Shown here: one piece after another, positions 36,612 to 46,489 of the stretch
Position numbering within the stretch: the stretch's first letter is position 1
How the letters are laid out: every line of letters starts with the position of its first letter
NCBI GenBank assembly: GCA_963754015.1
Contig: CAVWEG010000004.1
Coordinates: 332,734 to 396,733 of the forward strand
Source: Candidatus Dormiibacterota bacterium
GTDB lineage: Bacteria; Chloroflexota; Dormibacteria; Aeolococcales; Aeolococcaceae
Direction of reading: 5' to 3'
Length of the DNA: 64,000 bases
Notes under the pieces: model-generated
What the model was told of the DNA's origin: nothing
Database searches by the model: none
What the model saw: the letters and a program-made list of their open reading frames with translations, nothing else
Made by a program: the position numbers and the translations under genes

Positions 36612-38663
36612 CTAGCCGACTGCGACGAGCGGGAGGTCGACCTTCAGATCCGGCCGCTCGACGACGCGCATCGTGTCGTCGACGAAGCGCACGCGCTCGA
36701 ACGTGATGCAGTTCACCGGACAGTGGTCCTCGCAGATCCTGCAGTTGGTGCAGCGGTCGTAGTTGATGAAGATCTCGCCTTCGTAGCCACCGGCTTCGGG
36801 ATCGCCACCGGACGTCACGCAGACAAGCGTGTCCCCTCCTGACGAACGTTCGCGATCCTCACCGAACACGACGACGTCGATCGCCTTCTCGGGACAGACG
36901 TCGTCGCATGCCCCGCACAGAACGCACACCGTCTGGTCGTAGTGGTGCACCGAGTCGCACTGGAAGCAGCGGATCGACTGGACGATCGCGGTCTGATCAC
37001 TCCAGGACTGCTCAACCTCGGTCATGTCGTACCGCTTCGCGGCCTCGAGGATGCCCGGCTCGACGCGAGCGAAGACCTCAGACTGACGGTGGTCGTCGGT
37101 CCGCTCCACCACGGTCTGGTAGATACGGTCGCCGGCCTCCTGCATGTCCTCGCCGAGGAATTCGCGGATCGAGCGGGCGACACGGTGGCCCCAGCCGGCG
37201 GCATCGACGATGAACGACGGGCCCTGCACACAGTCACCGCCGCAGAAGAGCTTCGGCACACCCGTGTGGCCGCCGCGATCGGCGGAGAGCAGCCCGCGCT
37301 GCGTCACGGGGACGAGCTCGTCGGGACGCTCCATGATCTGGCCCGAAGCGAAGATGCAGTAGTCGGCGGGGACCGTCCAGAACGGGGCGCCCTCGACCTC
37401 CTTGACCGACGAGAAGATGAGCTTGCCGCTGAGTGGATCGAACTCCAGGTCCTTGAGCGGCGCGAAGGACACCGCTTTCACGTTGCCGTGCTCGTCCGCC
37501 TCGACCTGCTTGACGATGACACCGCACTTGATGTGGAGGCCGATCTCCTTGGCCTCGTGGAGCTCGTTGCCGAACGCCGGGAGGCGATCCTCGGGCTCGA
37601 TGGCCACCATCCACACGTCCTTGGCGCCGAGCTTGATCGACGACTGGCACGCGTCGGTCGCGACGGCACCACCACCGACGACCACGACGCTCCCACCGAT
37701 CGGGAAGTGCTCGGGAATCTTGTCGTACGAGACAGTGCGGAGGAAGGTCATCGCATCGGTGACCTGGGGCAGATCACTGCCCGGGATCGGCAGAATCCGC
37801 CCCTTCATCATGCCGATCGAGAAGAACACAGCGTCGTACTCGTCGAGCAGGTCCTTGGTCTTGATGTCGTTGTCCCCGGGTCCGATGTTGCTGTTGAGGC
37901 GAACGTCGATGCCGGTGGACATGATCATGTCGAGCTCCCACTGGAGCTGACGATGATCGAAGCGGAACGGCGGGATCGACGTGCTCAGCAGACCGCCGAC
38001 CTTGGCCTCGCGCTCGTAGAGCACCACGTCATATCCCTGCACGCGCAGGTCGAGCGCGCAGGTGAGCCCCGCAGGTCCGGCGCCGACGACGGCGACGCGC
38101 TTTCCCTTCGCCGGGGCGATCTTGTAGTTGATCCAGAGCCCCTGCTGAAAGGCGAAGTCGGTGGAGAAACGCTTGATGGAGCGGATCGTCACCGGCTCCT
38201 CGCCGGGATCCCAGCCGCGCTTGCAGTCGGTCTCGCAGGGGTGGTTGCACAGGCGCCCGAGCATGCTCGGGAAAGGATTCGTCTCGTGGATCACCGACCA
38301 CGAGTCCACATAGCGGCCCTGGCTCACGTAGTCGATGTAGGTGGCAATGTCCTGGCGGATCGGGCAGTTGCGCTGGCAGGGCGTGATCGGGACGTTGAAG
38401 CCCAGGTCGCGGTGCCCGCTCATGATCTTCATCGGCGCCTTGTCGACGACGTTCTTCGCGATGGCACCGAGCACGTGCGCGGCACTGATCATGCCGACCG
38501 GCGCACTGCGCTTCGAGAAGATGCCGCCTTCGGCCGCGGTCACGATCGCCGCCTCCGCGGACGAGTCGCGCATCGCCTCCGCACCGGCCTCGATACGCTC
38601 GCCAAGGTCGATGCGCGGCGCAGGCCGCATGACATCGCGAACGCTCATCTCGTCGAGCATGTC
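36612..38663 (-). CDS. NAD(P)H-dependent glutamate-synthase-beta-like Fe-S flavoprotein with C-terminal 4Fe-4S ferredoxin domains and an N-terminal CBS-like motif
   Basis: VAVVGAGPAGLTCALDL and VVVVGGGAVATD nucleotide-binding motifs. CxxCxxCxxxCP ferredoxin motifs (CVLCGACDDVCP, CTNCRICEDHCP). Start trimmed to MLDEMSVRDVM. Confidence 0.7.
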   Translation of the reverse strand, partial: DMLDEMSVRDVMRPAPRIDLGERIEAGAEAMRDSSAEAAIVTAAEGGIFSKRSAPVGMISAAHVLGAIAKNVVDKAPMKIMSGHRDLGFNVPITPCQRNCPIRQDIATYIDYVSQGRYVDSWSVIHETNPFPSMLGRLCNHPCETDCKRGWDPGEEPVTIRSIKRFSTDFAFQQGLWINYKIAPAKGKRVAVVGAGPAGLTCALDLRVQGYDVVLYEREAKVGGLLSTSIPPFRFDHRQLQWELDMIMSTGIDVRLNSNIGPGDNDIKTKDLLDEYDAVFFSIGMMKGRILPIPGSDLPQVTDAMTFLRTVSYDKIPEHFPIGGSVVVVGGGAVATDACQSSIKLGAKDVWMVAIEPEDRLPAFGNELHEAKEIGLHIKCGVIVKQVEADEHGNVKAVSFAPLKDLEFDPLSGKLIFSSVKEVEGAPFWTVPADYCIFASGQIMERPDELVPVTQRGLLSADRGGHTGVPKLFCGGDCVQGPSFIVDAAGWGHRVARSIREFLGEDMQEAGDRIYQTVVERTDDHRQSEVFARVEPGILEAAKRYDMTEVEQSWSDQTAIVQSIRCFQCDSVHHYDQTVCVLCGACDDVCPEKAIDVVVFGEDRERSSGGDTLVCVTSGGDPEAGGYEGEIFINYDRCTNCRICEDHCPVNCITFERVRFVDDTMRVVERPDLKVDLPLVAVG

Positions 38664-38827
38664 GAACGAGGACACGATCGAACTCGAGACCCACGGTGCC
38701 GAGCACCTCGTCGCCGCGGACGACGAGCAATGGCACCGGATCCTGAATTCGCAACACCTGCAGGATGTCGGCAAGCGTGTCGTCAGGATCGCACTCTGCG
38801 CCGAGCGGAGAGGCGATCGTCGCCAGC

Positions 38828-39238
38828 TCAGGCATGGACCACCTCACGGCGCGCAAGCGCGAAATCCGCGAGCTCTCGCGGCGTGATCATCCCGACGACC
38901 GTCTCGTCCTCATGCGTCACGACAGCGAGCCGGCGGCCGTCTTGGGCCATGAGCGCGACGACCTCGCTGAGTCGCTGGTGCTCGTCGACGAGCAGCGGCG
39001 ACTGCCGCAGCATGTCGCGCGCCTGCACCGCCGTGGAAGGAGGTCGCACCGCGAAGTCGCTGCCGGCGACGACGATGTCGCCTTTGACGAGGCGGTCGAT
39101 GACGTCCTCTTTGGCGACGTAGCCGACCGGCCGGCGATCGACGAGAACAACGAGCTCACTGAGGATGTTGTCGTTGAGCAACTTGGCGATTGCGTCCGCC
39201 GGGGTGCTCGGGAGGCAGAAGACAACCTCATCGCGCAT
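38828..39238 (-). CDS. CBS-domain pair protein
   Basis: Two CBS-like repeats (VMRDEVVF...; DMLRQSPLLVDEHQRLSEVV...). Start trimmed to Met46. Confidence 0.55.
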   Translation of the reverse strand: MRDEVVFCLPSTPADAIAKLLNDNILSELVVLVDRRPVGYVAKEDVIDRLVKGDIVVAGSDFAVRPPSTAVQARDMLRQSPLLVDEHQRLSEVVALMAQDGRRLAVVTHEDETVVGMITPRELADFALARREVVHA

Positions 39239-39315
39239 GACCGTTCCGACCTCCGGGTCACCCGCCTCCGGCGCGAGCCGGTCGGGATCCAGGGAGGCCG
39301 CGACCGGCGTCGAGG

Positions 39316-39867
39316 TCACGCGCCGGCCTCTTGGGCCATCTGCTCCTGCAATCGACGCAGGACGTCCTGCCACGTCTCAGTGGTCTCCATCGGCCGGGAC
39401 TGCGCACGCGGAGCGGCGCGTTGGATCTTGGTGCGTGTTTTCGTGATCTCGCGATCACGCTTGCGGTCCTGCACCGAGCGTGCCAACTCGACAGCCTGGC
39501 GAATCTCGGTCTCGACTTCCGTGATCTCTTCGGCCGTCGTCGCGGCGCGCAGCGCTCTGCCAAGACGCGACGTCGCATCCGGAGCGAGTTGCGGGCCGGC
39601 ATCGCGGAGCAGATCGCTGCCCTTGCGACGGAGCAGGTCCAGCGCATGTGCCGCGCGAGCGCGTTCTGCGCTCGATGCGCGTTGCTGTGTGTACAGCTCC
39701 ATGCCGGTCGCAATCAATTGCGGGTACTGGAATGCCTGACTGAACTTCCCGGTGTTGATGCGCTCGGTGATGTCATCGACCGCCTGCTGCAGTTCCTCGC
39801 GCGGCGCACCCTCGAGCGAACCCAACAAGTCGGCCAGAATCGGGCGCGCCTGGGCATACGCTCGTTT
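39316..39867 (-). CDS. Hypothetical alpha-helical protein
   Basis: ORF-track frame; the N-terminal boundary is uncertain (low-complexity upstream region). Confidence 0.25.
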   Translation of the reverse strand, partial: KRAYAQARPILADLLGSLEGAPREELQQAVDDITERINTGKFSQAFQYPQLIATGMELYTQQRASSAERARAAHALDLLRRKGSDLLRDAGPQLAPDATSRLGRALRAATTAEEITEVETEIRQAVELARSVQDRKRDREITKTRTKIQRAAPRAQSRPMETTETWQDVLRRLQEQMAQEAGA

Positions 39868-40105
39868 CACCCACGCGGGGAGGTGATGGTGCGATGGCTC
39901 CGGCACCGGCGCCGGATTCGTCGCGCGCGGCGCGCCGACTGGGCGGACGATGGCCGGGAATGCGGTCGTGAGGGGCGCCTGGTGCTGGCTGCGAGCCCTC
40001 GTCTGGATCACTGCGATACCAGCATCGTACCCGGCTGCACGGGTGTCGCGACTTCCCCGTGTATCGATTAACTCATCACGCCGACCCTGGCCATCCCCCG
40101 TGAGT

Positions 40106-40813
40106 CTAACGACCGGCCTTGGCTGGGCGTCGTCTCCCGCTCGGCGCCGCCTTGAGACCGATGTTGGCGGAAGGACAGATGTTTGCGAGGACACACGCGT
40201 GGCATCGCGGATTGCGGGCCACGCAGACGCGCCGACCATGCAGGATGAGCCGGAGCCCGAAGCTCGTCCACTCAGACGCCGGCACGATGCTGCAGACGTC
40301 CTCCTCGATCTTCACCGGGTCCGTCGCGGACGTGAGGCGGAGCAGGCCGGTGAGCCGTGCAACGTGAGTGTCGACCGCCAGGCCGGGAACCCCAAAGGCC
40401 ACGCCGAGCACGACATTCGCCGTCTTGCGTCCGACTCCGCGGAGCGTGACCAGGTCCTCCATGCGAGGCGGTACCTCGCCGCCGTGGCGGAGGATCAGGT
40501 CCTGACTCATCTCGATGATCGCGCGTGCCTTCGAGTGGAAGAACCCGGTCCGGTGGATGATCTCCTCGACCTCTTCCTGTGGAGCCGCTGCGAGCGCCTC
40601 GGGTGTCGCAAAACGTGCGAACAGGACCGGGGTGACCGCATTAACCGTGACGTCCGTGGTCTGGGCGCTGAGGATCACGGACACGAGCAACTGCCACGGC
40701 GAGGCATAGGTGAGCTCCGTGCGCGCCTCGGGATATTCGAGGCGCAGGAGCTCGACAACCTTCGGCGCGCGCTCACGTGCACCCGCCGGCAGCCGGCGCT
40801 TCCGAACCTTCAT
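40106..40813 (-). CDS. nth: Endonuclease III
   Basis: HhH-GPD motifs [16 protein letters not shown] and the C-terminal Fe-S cluster [17 protein letters not shown]. Start at MKVRK. Confidence 0.85.
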   Translation of the reverse strand: MKVRKRRLPAGARERAPKVVELLRLEYPEARTELTYASPWQLLVSVILSAQTTDVTVNAVTPVLFARFATPEALAAAPQEEVEEIIHRTGFFHSKARAIIEMSQDLILRHGGEVPPRMEDLVTLRGVGRKTANVVLGVAFGVPGLAVDTHVARLTGLLRLTSATDPVKIEEDVCSIVPASEWTSFGLRLILHGRRVCVARNPRCHACVLANICPSANIGLKAAPSGRRRPAKAGR

Positions 40814-40985
40814 CGCACCGCGGATCCTACGCAGATGCCCGCTCACGCGGAGTCGATCTGAGCGCGAGTGGGTGGCGACGCGGGGAGAAGCGCCGATCTG
40901 CAGCTCGGCCGCGGAGCGGCGAGGAGTAGCCGCGTCGACAGGAGCCGCGTCCAAGCGCACGGAGCGCTGCGTAGAATCCGGCGAA

Positions 40986-41970
40986 ATGAGGACAAAAATT
41001 ACCGTCGTCGGCGCAGGGAATGTGGGAGCGACACTCGCTCAGCGTGTCGCGGAGCGCGACTACGCGGATGTCGTGCTCGTGGACATCGTCGAAGGGCTGC
41101 CGCAAGGGAAAGCGCTCGACATGCTCGAGTCCGGGCCGATCGTCGGCTACAACTCGCTGGTCACCGGTACCAACTCCTACGAGGAGACGGCCGGCTCGCA
41201 GATCGTCGTCATCACGAGTGGCGTCCCCCGCAAGCCGGGAATGTCCCGCGACGACCTGGTGATGACCAATGCCAAGATCGTGTCCGGCGTGGTCCGGCAG
41301 GTGGTCGCGCAGTCGCCGGAATGCATCCTCATCGTCGTTGCCAATCCGGTCGACGGCATGACCCAGCTGTCGATGGCCGTATCGCGTTTCCCGCGCTCAC
41401 GGGTCATCGGCATGGCGGGCGTGCTCGACACCGCCCGCTATCGCACCTTCATCGCACAGGAGCTCGACGCGTCGGTGCGCGACGTGCAGGCGTACGTGCT
41501 CGGCGGTCACGGCGACACGATGGTGCCGCTCGCGAGAACTCACCACGGTTGCCGGCATTCCCGCGGCGGATCTCATCCCCGCCGAGCGTCTCGAGACCAT
41601 CGTGCAACGCGCGCGTGATGGCGGCGCGGAGATCGTCAACCTGCTCAAGACGGGGAGCGCGTACTACGCACCGAGCGCGGCGGTGGCGCAGATGATCGAC
41701 GCCATCGTGCTCGACACGCGACAGGTGCTGCCCTGCACCGTGCACCTCGAGGGGGAGTACGGGATCACCGGTCTCTTCACCGGCGTGCCGTGCCGGCTTG
41801 GCGCGGGCGGCCTCATCGAGGTCATCGACGTCTCACTCACCGATGACGAGCGCGCGTCGCTGCATCGCAGCGCCGAGGCGGTGCATCAGGTCGTTCAGGT
41901 GATGGACGCGCGCCGCGAAGAGATCGACGCGAGCCTCGGCTCACTCACGGATGGGATCAGCATCGGCTGA
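40986..41970 (+). CDS. mdh: Malate dehydrogenase (LDH-like type), apparent frameshift near 41536
   Basis: [15 protein letters not shown] Rossmann motif. The frame breaks after [12 protein letters not shown] and resumes as [15 protein letters not shown] in the adjacent frame (ORF 41602-41970). Confidence 0.8.
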
Positions 41971-42621
41971 GAGCAGCATCTCGGGGGTGATCTCGGCCAG
42001 CAAGTCGATCACCAGGTTCGCGTGGTCGATGTTGCCGCTGAGATCGCCGTGCGAGACGACGCCGATGCAGCGCATCCCCGCGGCGACGGCGGCGGTGACA
42101 CCCACAGGCGAGTCCTCGATCGCGACGCACTGCGGCGGCATGACGTCGAGCGCCTGCGCTGCGCTGAGATAGACACCGGGATCGGGTTTACCCCGCTCCT
42201 CATCGTCCGCCGTGCACACCGCATCGATGAGCGACCCGATACCAAGGCGTTCGACGACCGCGTCGATGAGCTCGCGGCTCGACGACGACGCGATGGCAAT
42301 CCGAAAGCCGATGGAGTGCGCGATGTTGACGGCATCGAGAGCGCCTTCCATCGGCTCGCCGTGCTCACGGACGTACTCGACCATCTCGCGAACGATCTCG
42401 CGCTGCACCGCATGCGGCCGGATCCCGTTCCACGGCCGCTCCTGGTACCAGTGATCCACCACTTCCTCGATGCGCATCCCCCAGGTATCGCGCAGTTGCG
42501 CGTCGGTGAGTTGCACGCCGACGCGCGCGAACACGTCGCGCTCGACCTGACGCCATACCGGCTCCGTGTCGATGAGCACGCCGTCCATATCGAAGACAAC
42601 GGCCTTGAACTTCCTCCCCAT
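41941..42621 (-). CDS. HAD-superfamily hydrolase (subfamily IA, beta-phosphoglucomutase-like)
   Basis: Motif I AVVFDMDGVLIDTE and a C-terminal GVEDSPVG motif. Confidence 0.75.
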   Translation of the reverse strand: MGRKFKAVVFDMDGVLIDTEPVWRQVERDVFARVGVQLTDAQLRDTWGMRIEEVVDHWYQERPWNGIRPHAVQREIVREMVEYVREHGEPMEGALDAVNIAHSIGFRIAIASSSSRELIDAVVERLGIGSLIDAVCTADDEERGKPDPGVYLSAAQALDVMPPQCVAIEDSPVGVTAAVAAGMRCIGVVSHGDLSGNIDHANLVIDLLAEITPEMLLSADADPIRE

Positions 42622-42631
42622 GGGGGTGATG

Positions 42632-42892
42632 CTACTCGCTCTCGCTCGGCGGAAGGATCACGGCCGGTTTGTCCTCGTCGTCATCCTGCGCTGGGGCCGA
42701 GATGCTCGTTGGCTCGGGCGGTTCCTTCTTGTAGTGCATCCCGAAGATCGGCCCCACCACGATCATCATGTTGAGCATCGCCTTGCGCGTATCGGACTGG
42801 CCCCAGGCCGGAGTCCGCGAGTAGAGGTAGAACCAGAAGAACACCACGAGCATCACCACCACGACGGCGCTCAGAACGATGACGCCGATCAA
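42632..42892 (-). CDS. Small two-TM membrane protein downstream of sdhB
   Basis: ORF track. ATGA-type overlap with the sdhB stop. Hydrophobic N-terminal helix and an acidic C-terminus. Confidence 0.4.
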   Translation of the reverse strand: MIGVIVLSAVVVVMLVVFFWFYLYSRTPAWGQSDTRKAMLNMMIVVGPIFGMHYKKEPPEPTSISAPAQDDDEDKPAVILPPSESE

Positions 42893-43710
42893 TCTTTCCG
42901 CTGGCCGAAGAGCATGCGCCCGACAAAGCGCACCGGATCCCAGTGCACGTCAGCCACCCGTTCCTTGAGGGGGATGATGGCGTTGTCGGTGATGTGGATG
43001 TGCTCGGGGCACACCTCGGTGCAGCACTTCGTGATGTTGCAGTAGCCAAGACCACCGTCGGTGCGCGTCTGCTCGCGACGATCGAGCACATCCTTGGGGT
43101 GCATCTCGAGTGAGGCGACGCGGACGAAGAATCGCGGACCGTAGAACTGATCGGCGTAATCGTGCGAGCGGATGATGTGGCACACGTCCTGACAGAGGAA
43201 GCACTCGATGCATTTGCGGAACTCGTAGATGCGGTCGATGTCCTGCTGCTGGATGCGCCATGGCGCGCCGTCATCGGGCGCAGCGGTGAAAGGCGGAATC
43301 GCCTTGTTCACCTCGTAGTTGTGCGACACGTCGGTGACGAGATCCTTGATGAGCGGGAACGACTTCATGGGATGGACTTTCACCGGACCGGGCGGCAGGT
43401 CGTCGACGCGCGTCTTGCAGAGCAGGACCGGGCGACCGTTGACCTCCGCGCTGCACGACCCGCACTTGGCAGCCTTGCAGTTCCATCGACAGGCGAGGTC
43501 GGTATCGAGGTTGTGCTGGACATAGTGCACCGCGTCGAGCACGACCATCCCGGTCACGATCGGGACCTCGTACGTGACCTCCGCCTGCTCGCCACCAGGC
43601 ACCCCCTTGAGCACCTGCATCGTAAGCGTCTCACCGGTGAGACCACTTGCGGTGAGCGCTGCTTCGGGTGTCGTGGAGACCGCGACGCCGGAATGATCCA
43701 CGACCGTCAT
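42889..43710 (-). CDS. sdhB: Succinate dehydrogenase/fumarate reductase iron-sulfur subunit
   Basis: 2Fe-2S motif CRWNCKAAKCGSCS and 4Fe-4S/3Fe-4S motifs CIECFLCQDVC and CTEVCP. Confidence 0.9.
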   Translation of the reverse strand: MTVVDHSGVAVSTTPEAALTASGLTGETLTMQVLKGVPGGEQAEVTYEVPIVTGMVVLDAVHYVQHNLDTDLACRWNCKAAKCGSCSAEVNGRPVLLCKTRVDDLPPGPVKVHPMKSFPLIKDLVTDVSHNYEVNKAIPPFTAAPDDGAPWRIQQQDIDRIYEFRKCIECFLCQDVCHIIRSHDYADQFYGPRFFVRVASLEMHPKDVLDRREQTRTDGGLGYCNITKCCTEVCPEHIHITDNAIIPLKERVADVHWDPVRFVGRMLFGQRKD

Positions 43711-45575
43711 GACTTCCCCTTCCTGGGTTTGCGCGCCGCAGCAGGTTGCTTCGCGACCGCGGTGGCGGCGGCGGTAGCGGGAGTCGGATCGGTGAGATAT
43801 CCCTTGGGCAACTTTGCCGCGTCGTAGAAGCGGCTACGCTCGAGCAACGGACGCAGCCGTTCCGGCAACGGGTCGAGCGGCACGCTCAGCACCTGCATCC
43901 CATCAGCGCCACGCCGAGTCACGAAATTCACCTTGCCGTACTCGACCTCCTGATCGAGGTGGTCGAACCGCCACTGCGATCCGCGACTCTCGCGCCGCTC
44001 GATGGCGCCGCGCACGATCGCCTCGGACAGGATGAGCATGTTGGTCACGTCGCGGCACGTGTGCCAGCCCGGGTTCAGCGCGCGTCCTCCGGCGACGCGG
44101 ATATGGGTGCTGCGCTCACGCAACTCGAGCACGTTGGCGAGCGCCCGCTGCAGCAACTCCTCGCTGCGCCCGATGCCCGCGTCATCCTGCATCGCGAGCT
44201 GCAGATCCTCGTGGAGCTTGTACGGGTTCTCACCGGCGGAGGCGCCGTTCGCTCCGTCTCCGAGCGGCTGGAGCAGGTCGGCTTGCTCTGCGGCGACCTG
44301 CGCCTCGTCGATGGTGCGCGTCGTGCCGCCGGCTCTCGAGAACTCGGCGGCAGCCTCGCCGGCGCGCCGGCCGAAGACGAGGATGTCGCCGAGGGAGTTG
44401 CCGCCAAGGCGGTTGGCACCGTGCAGACCGCCCGCCACCTCTCCCGCTGCGTACAACCCCGCGACCGTGGTGGCCGCGGTCTCGGGATCGACGCGCACAC
44501 CACCCATCGTGTAGTGGATCGTCGGGCCGACCTCCATGGGCTGGCTGGTGATGTCGATCGATGCCAGCGCGTGGAACTGCTCGTACATCGACGGCAACTT
44601 GCGTTTGACGTAATCCGCGCCGAGGTGACGCACGTCCAGGTATGCGCCGCCGTGCGGCGTCCCCCGTCCGGCCTGCACCTCTTTGTAGATGGAGCGCGCG
44701 ACGACGTCTCGCGATGACAGCTCCTTCTTCACGGGGTCGTAATCGAGCATGAAGCGCGAGCCCTCGGCGTTGTAGAGCAGGCCGCCCTCGCCGCGCACCG
44801 CCTCCGTGACGAGGATGCCGCGAGCGCCGGGCGGCCAGATCATCCCCGTGGGATGGAACTGCACGAACTCCATGTCGAGCAGGTCGGCGCCCGCCTGGTA
44901 CGCCATCGCCGCACCGTCGCCGGAGCACTCCCAGGAGTTGGACGTGAACCGGTACATCCGCCCCCATCCCCCACTTGCGAGGACGACCGCACCCGCTTTG
45001 AAGACGACGAAGCGCCCGGTGTTGCGGTTGTAGCCGAAGGCACCGCACACGCGGTCGCCGGACTTCAGCAGCGACGACAGCGTGTACTCCATGCAGACGT
45101 CGACGCCTGCGGTGTGGACCATCTTGTCCTGGCACGTGCGGATGAGCTCGAGCCCGGTGCGGTCACCGACGTGAGCGAGTCGCTTCCACGAATGCGCGCC
45201 GAACGCGCGCTGCATGATGAGACCCTCAGGAGTGCGATCGAAGATGCCGCCCCATCGCTCGAGCTCGAGCACACGGTCGATGACCTCGTGCGCGTACAGC
45301 TCCACCATGCGCCAGTTGTTGAGGAGCTGGCCGCCGAGCATCGTGTCGGCGAAGTGCACCTCCCAGCTGTCCTGAGCGTCGACGTTGCCCATCCCGGCCG
45401 CAATGCCGCCCTCGGCCATCACCGTGTGTGCCTTGCCGAGCAGCGACTTCGTCACGACCGTGACCGTGCATCCGGCATCCGCGGCAGCGATGGCAGCACG
45501 CATCCCGGCGCCGCCCGCGCCGACGACGAGCACGTCGCATTCGATGGTGTCGTACGGCTCGGGTGTGCTTGCCAT
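43707..45575 (-). CDS. sdhA: Succinate dehydrogenase flavoprotein subunit
   Basis: FAD-binding motif DVLVVGAGGAGMRAA, the covalent-FAD His region and HYTMGG. Confidence 0.9.
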   Translation of the reverse strand: MASTPEPYDTIECDVLVVGAGGAGMRAAIAAADAGCTVTVVTKSLLGKAHTVMAEGGIAAGMGNVDAQDSWEVHFADTMLGGQLLNNWRMVELYAHEVIDRVLELERWGGIFDRTPEGLIMQRAFGAHSWKRLAHVGDRTGLELIRTCQDKMVHTAGVDVCMEYTLSSLLKSGDRVCGAFGYNRNTGRFVVFKAGAVVLASGGWGRMYRFTSNSWECSGDGAAMAYQAGADLLDMEFVQFHPTGMIWPPGARGILVTEAVRGEGGLLYNAEGSRFMLDYDPVKKELSSRDVVARSIYKEVQAGRGTPHGGAYLDVRHLGADYVKRKLPSMYEQFHALASIDITSQPMEVGPTIHYTMGGVRVDPETAATTVAGLYAAGEVAGGLHGANRLGGNSLGDILVFGRRAGEAAAEFSRAGGTTRTIDEAQVAAEQADLLQPLGDGANGASAGENPYKLHEDLQLAMQDDAGIGRSEELLQRALANVLELRERSTHIRVAGGRALNPGWHTCRDVTNMLILSEAIVRGAIERRESRGSQWRFDHLDQEVEYGKVNFVTRRGADGMQVLSVPLDPLPERLRPLLERSRFYDAAKLPKGYLTDPTPATAAATAVAKQPAAARKPRKGKS

Positions 45576-45576
45576 G

Positions 45577-46368
45577 TCAGAAAACGATGTGCGGATCGAC
45601 GATGATCCCGGCCCGCAGGAGGTGGATGTACACGTCGGTGATGACGACGCTGAACATGCTGCACCACGCCCAGACGGGGTGGCGCTGATTGAGCACGGTC
45701 ACCCATTGCCATGCGCGATAGCGCGCTTGACCGAGCTTCGATTTCGAGTAGCAGTCGAGTCCGCCGCCGACGAGGTGCCGCCAGGAGTGGCAGCCGAACG
45801 TGTACCCGCTGAGCAGAATGACGTTGGCGAGCATGATCCCGGTGCCGAGGCCGAGCTGGACGTGGCCGTTCGGTGCCCAGAACGCGAGGTAGACGTCGTA
45901 CCAGAGGAATCCCGTGACGATGAGCACCAGGTAGAAGAGAAAACGGTGCAGGTTGTTGAGGAAGAGCGGGAACGCGGTCTCACCGCGGTACTTGCGGTGG
46001 CGCATCTCACCGACCGCGCAGGACGGCGGATCCCAGAAGAAGGAGCGGTAGTACGCCTTGCGGTAGTAGTAGCACGTGGCGCGGAAGAGCAACGGGGACC
46101 CCAGCACCCACAGCGCGGGACTGACCGGGCCGGTCTTCCAGATGGTCGGCGAGTAGAACGGTGAGAGATACGGGCCGCTCTGATTGATGCCACCGGACAG
46201 GAACGCGGTCCATATCGAGTAGAGACCGAAGAGACCCAGGACGGTGACCACGGTGGCCGGGAGCGCCCACCACGGCAGCCCATTGAGGATGCGTTCCAGC
46301 GGCCCGGGGCCGCCGTGCGGGGCGGATGCGAGCGATGCGGGTGATACCTGCGTTACCTGGGTGGACAA
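45577..46368 (-). CDS. sdhC: Succinate dehydrogenase cytochrome b membrane subunit (single five-TM anchor, type-B-like)
   Basis: Five hydrophobic helices with conserved His residues. Immediately upstream of sdhA. Confidence 0.75.
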   Translation of the reverse strand: MSTQVTQVSPASLASAPHGGPGPLERILNGLPWWALPATVVTVLGLFGLYSIWTAFLSGGINQSGPYLSPFYSPTIWKTGPVSPALWVLGSPLLFRATCYYYRKAYYRSFFWDPPSCAVGEMRHRKYRGETAFPLFLNNLHRFLFYLVLIVTGFLWYDVYLAFWAPNGHVQLGLGTGIMLANVILLSGYTFGCHSWRHLVGGGLDCYSKSKLGQARYRAWQWVTVLNQRHPVWAWCSMFSVVITDVYIHLLRAGIIVDPHIVF

Positions 46369-46489
46369 GCGTTGACCATCCTAGCGTTGCGGCTTGAGGA
46401 GACGGCCCGGGCCACTCGCGCGCGGGAGTGCGCTAGGGTTGTCCCGCATCGGAGAGTCTCTCAGCGCATCGCTCCCGCAAGCGTGGCTG

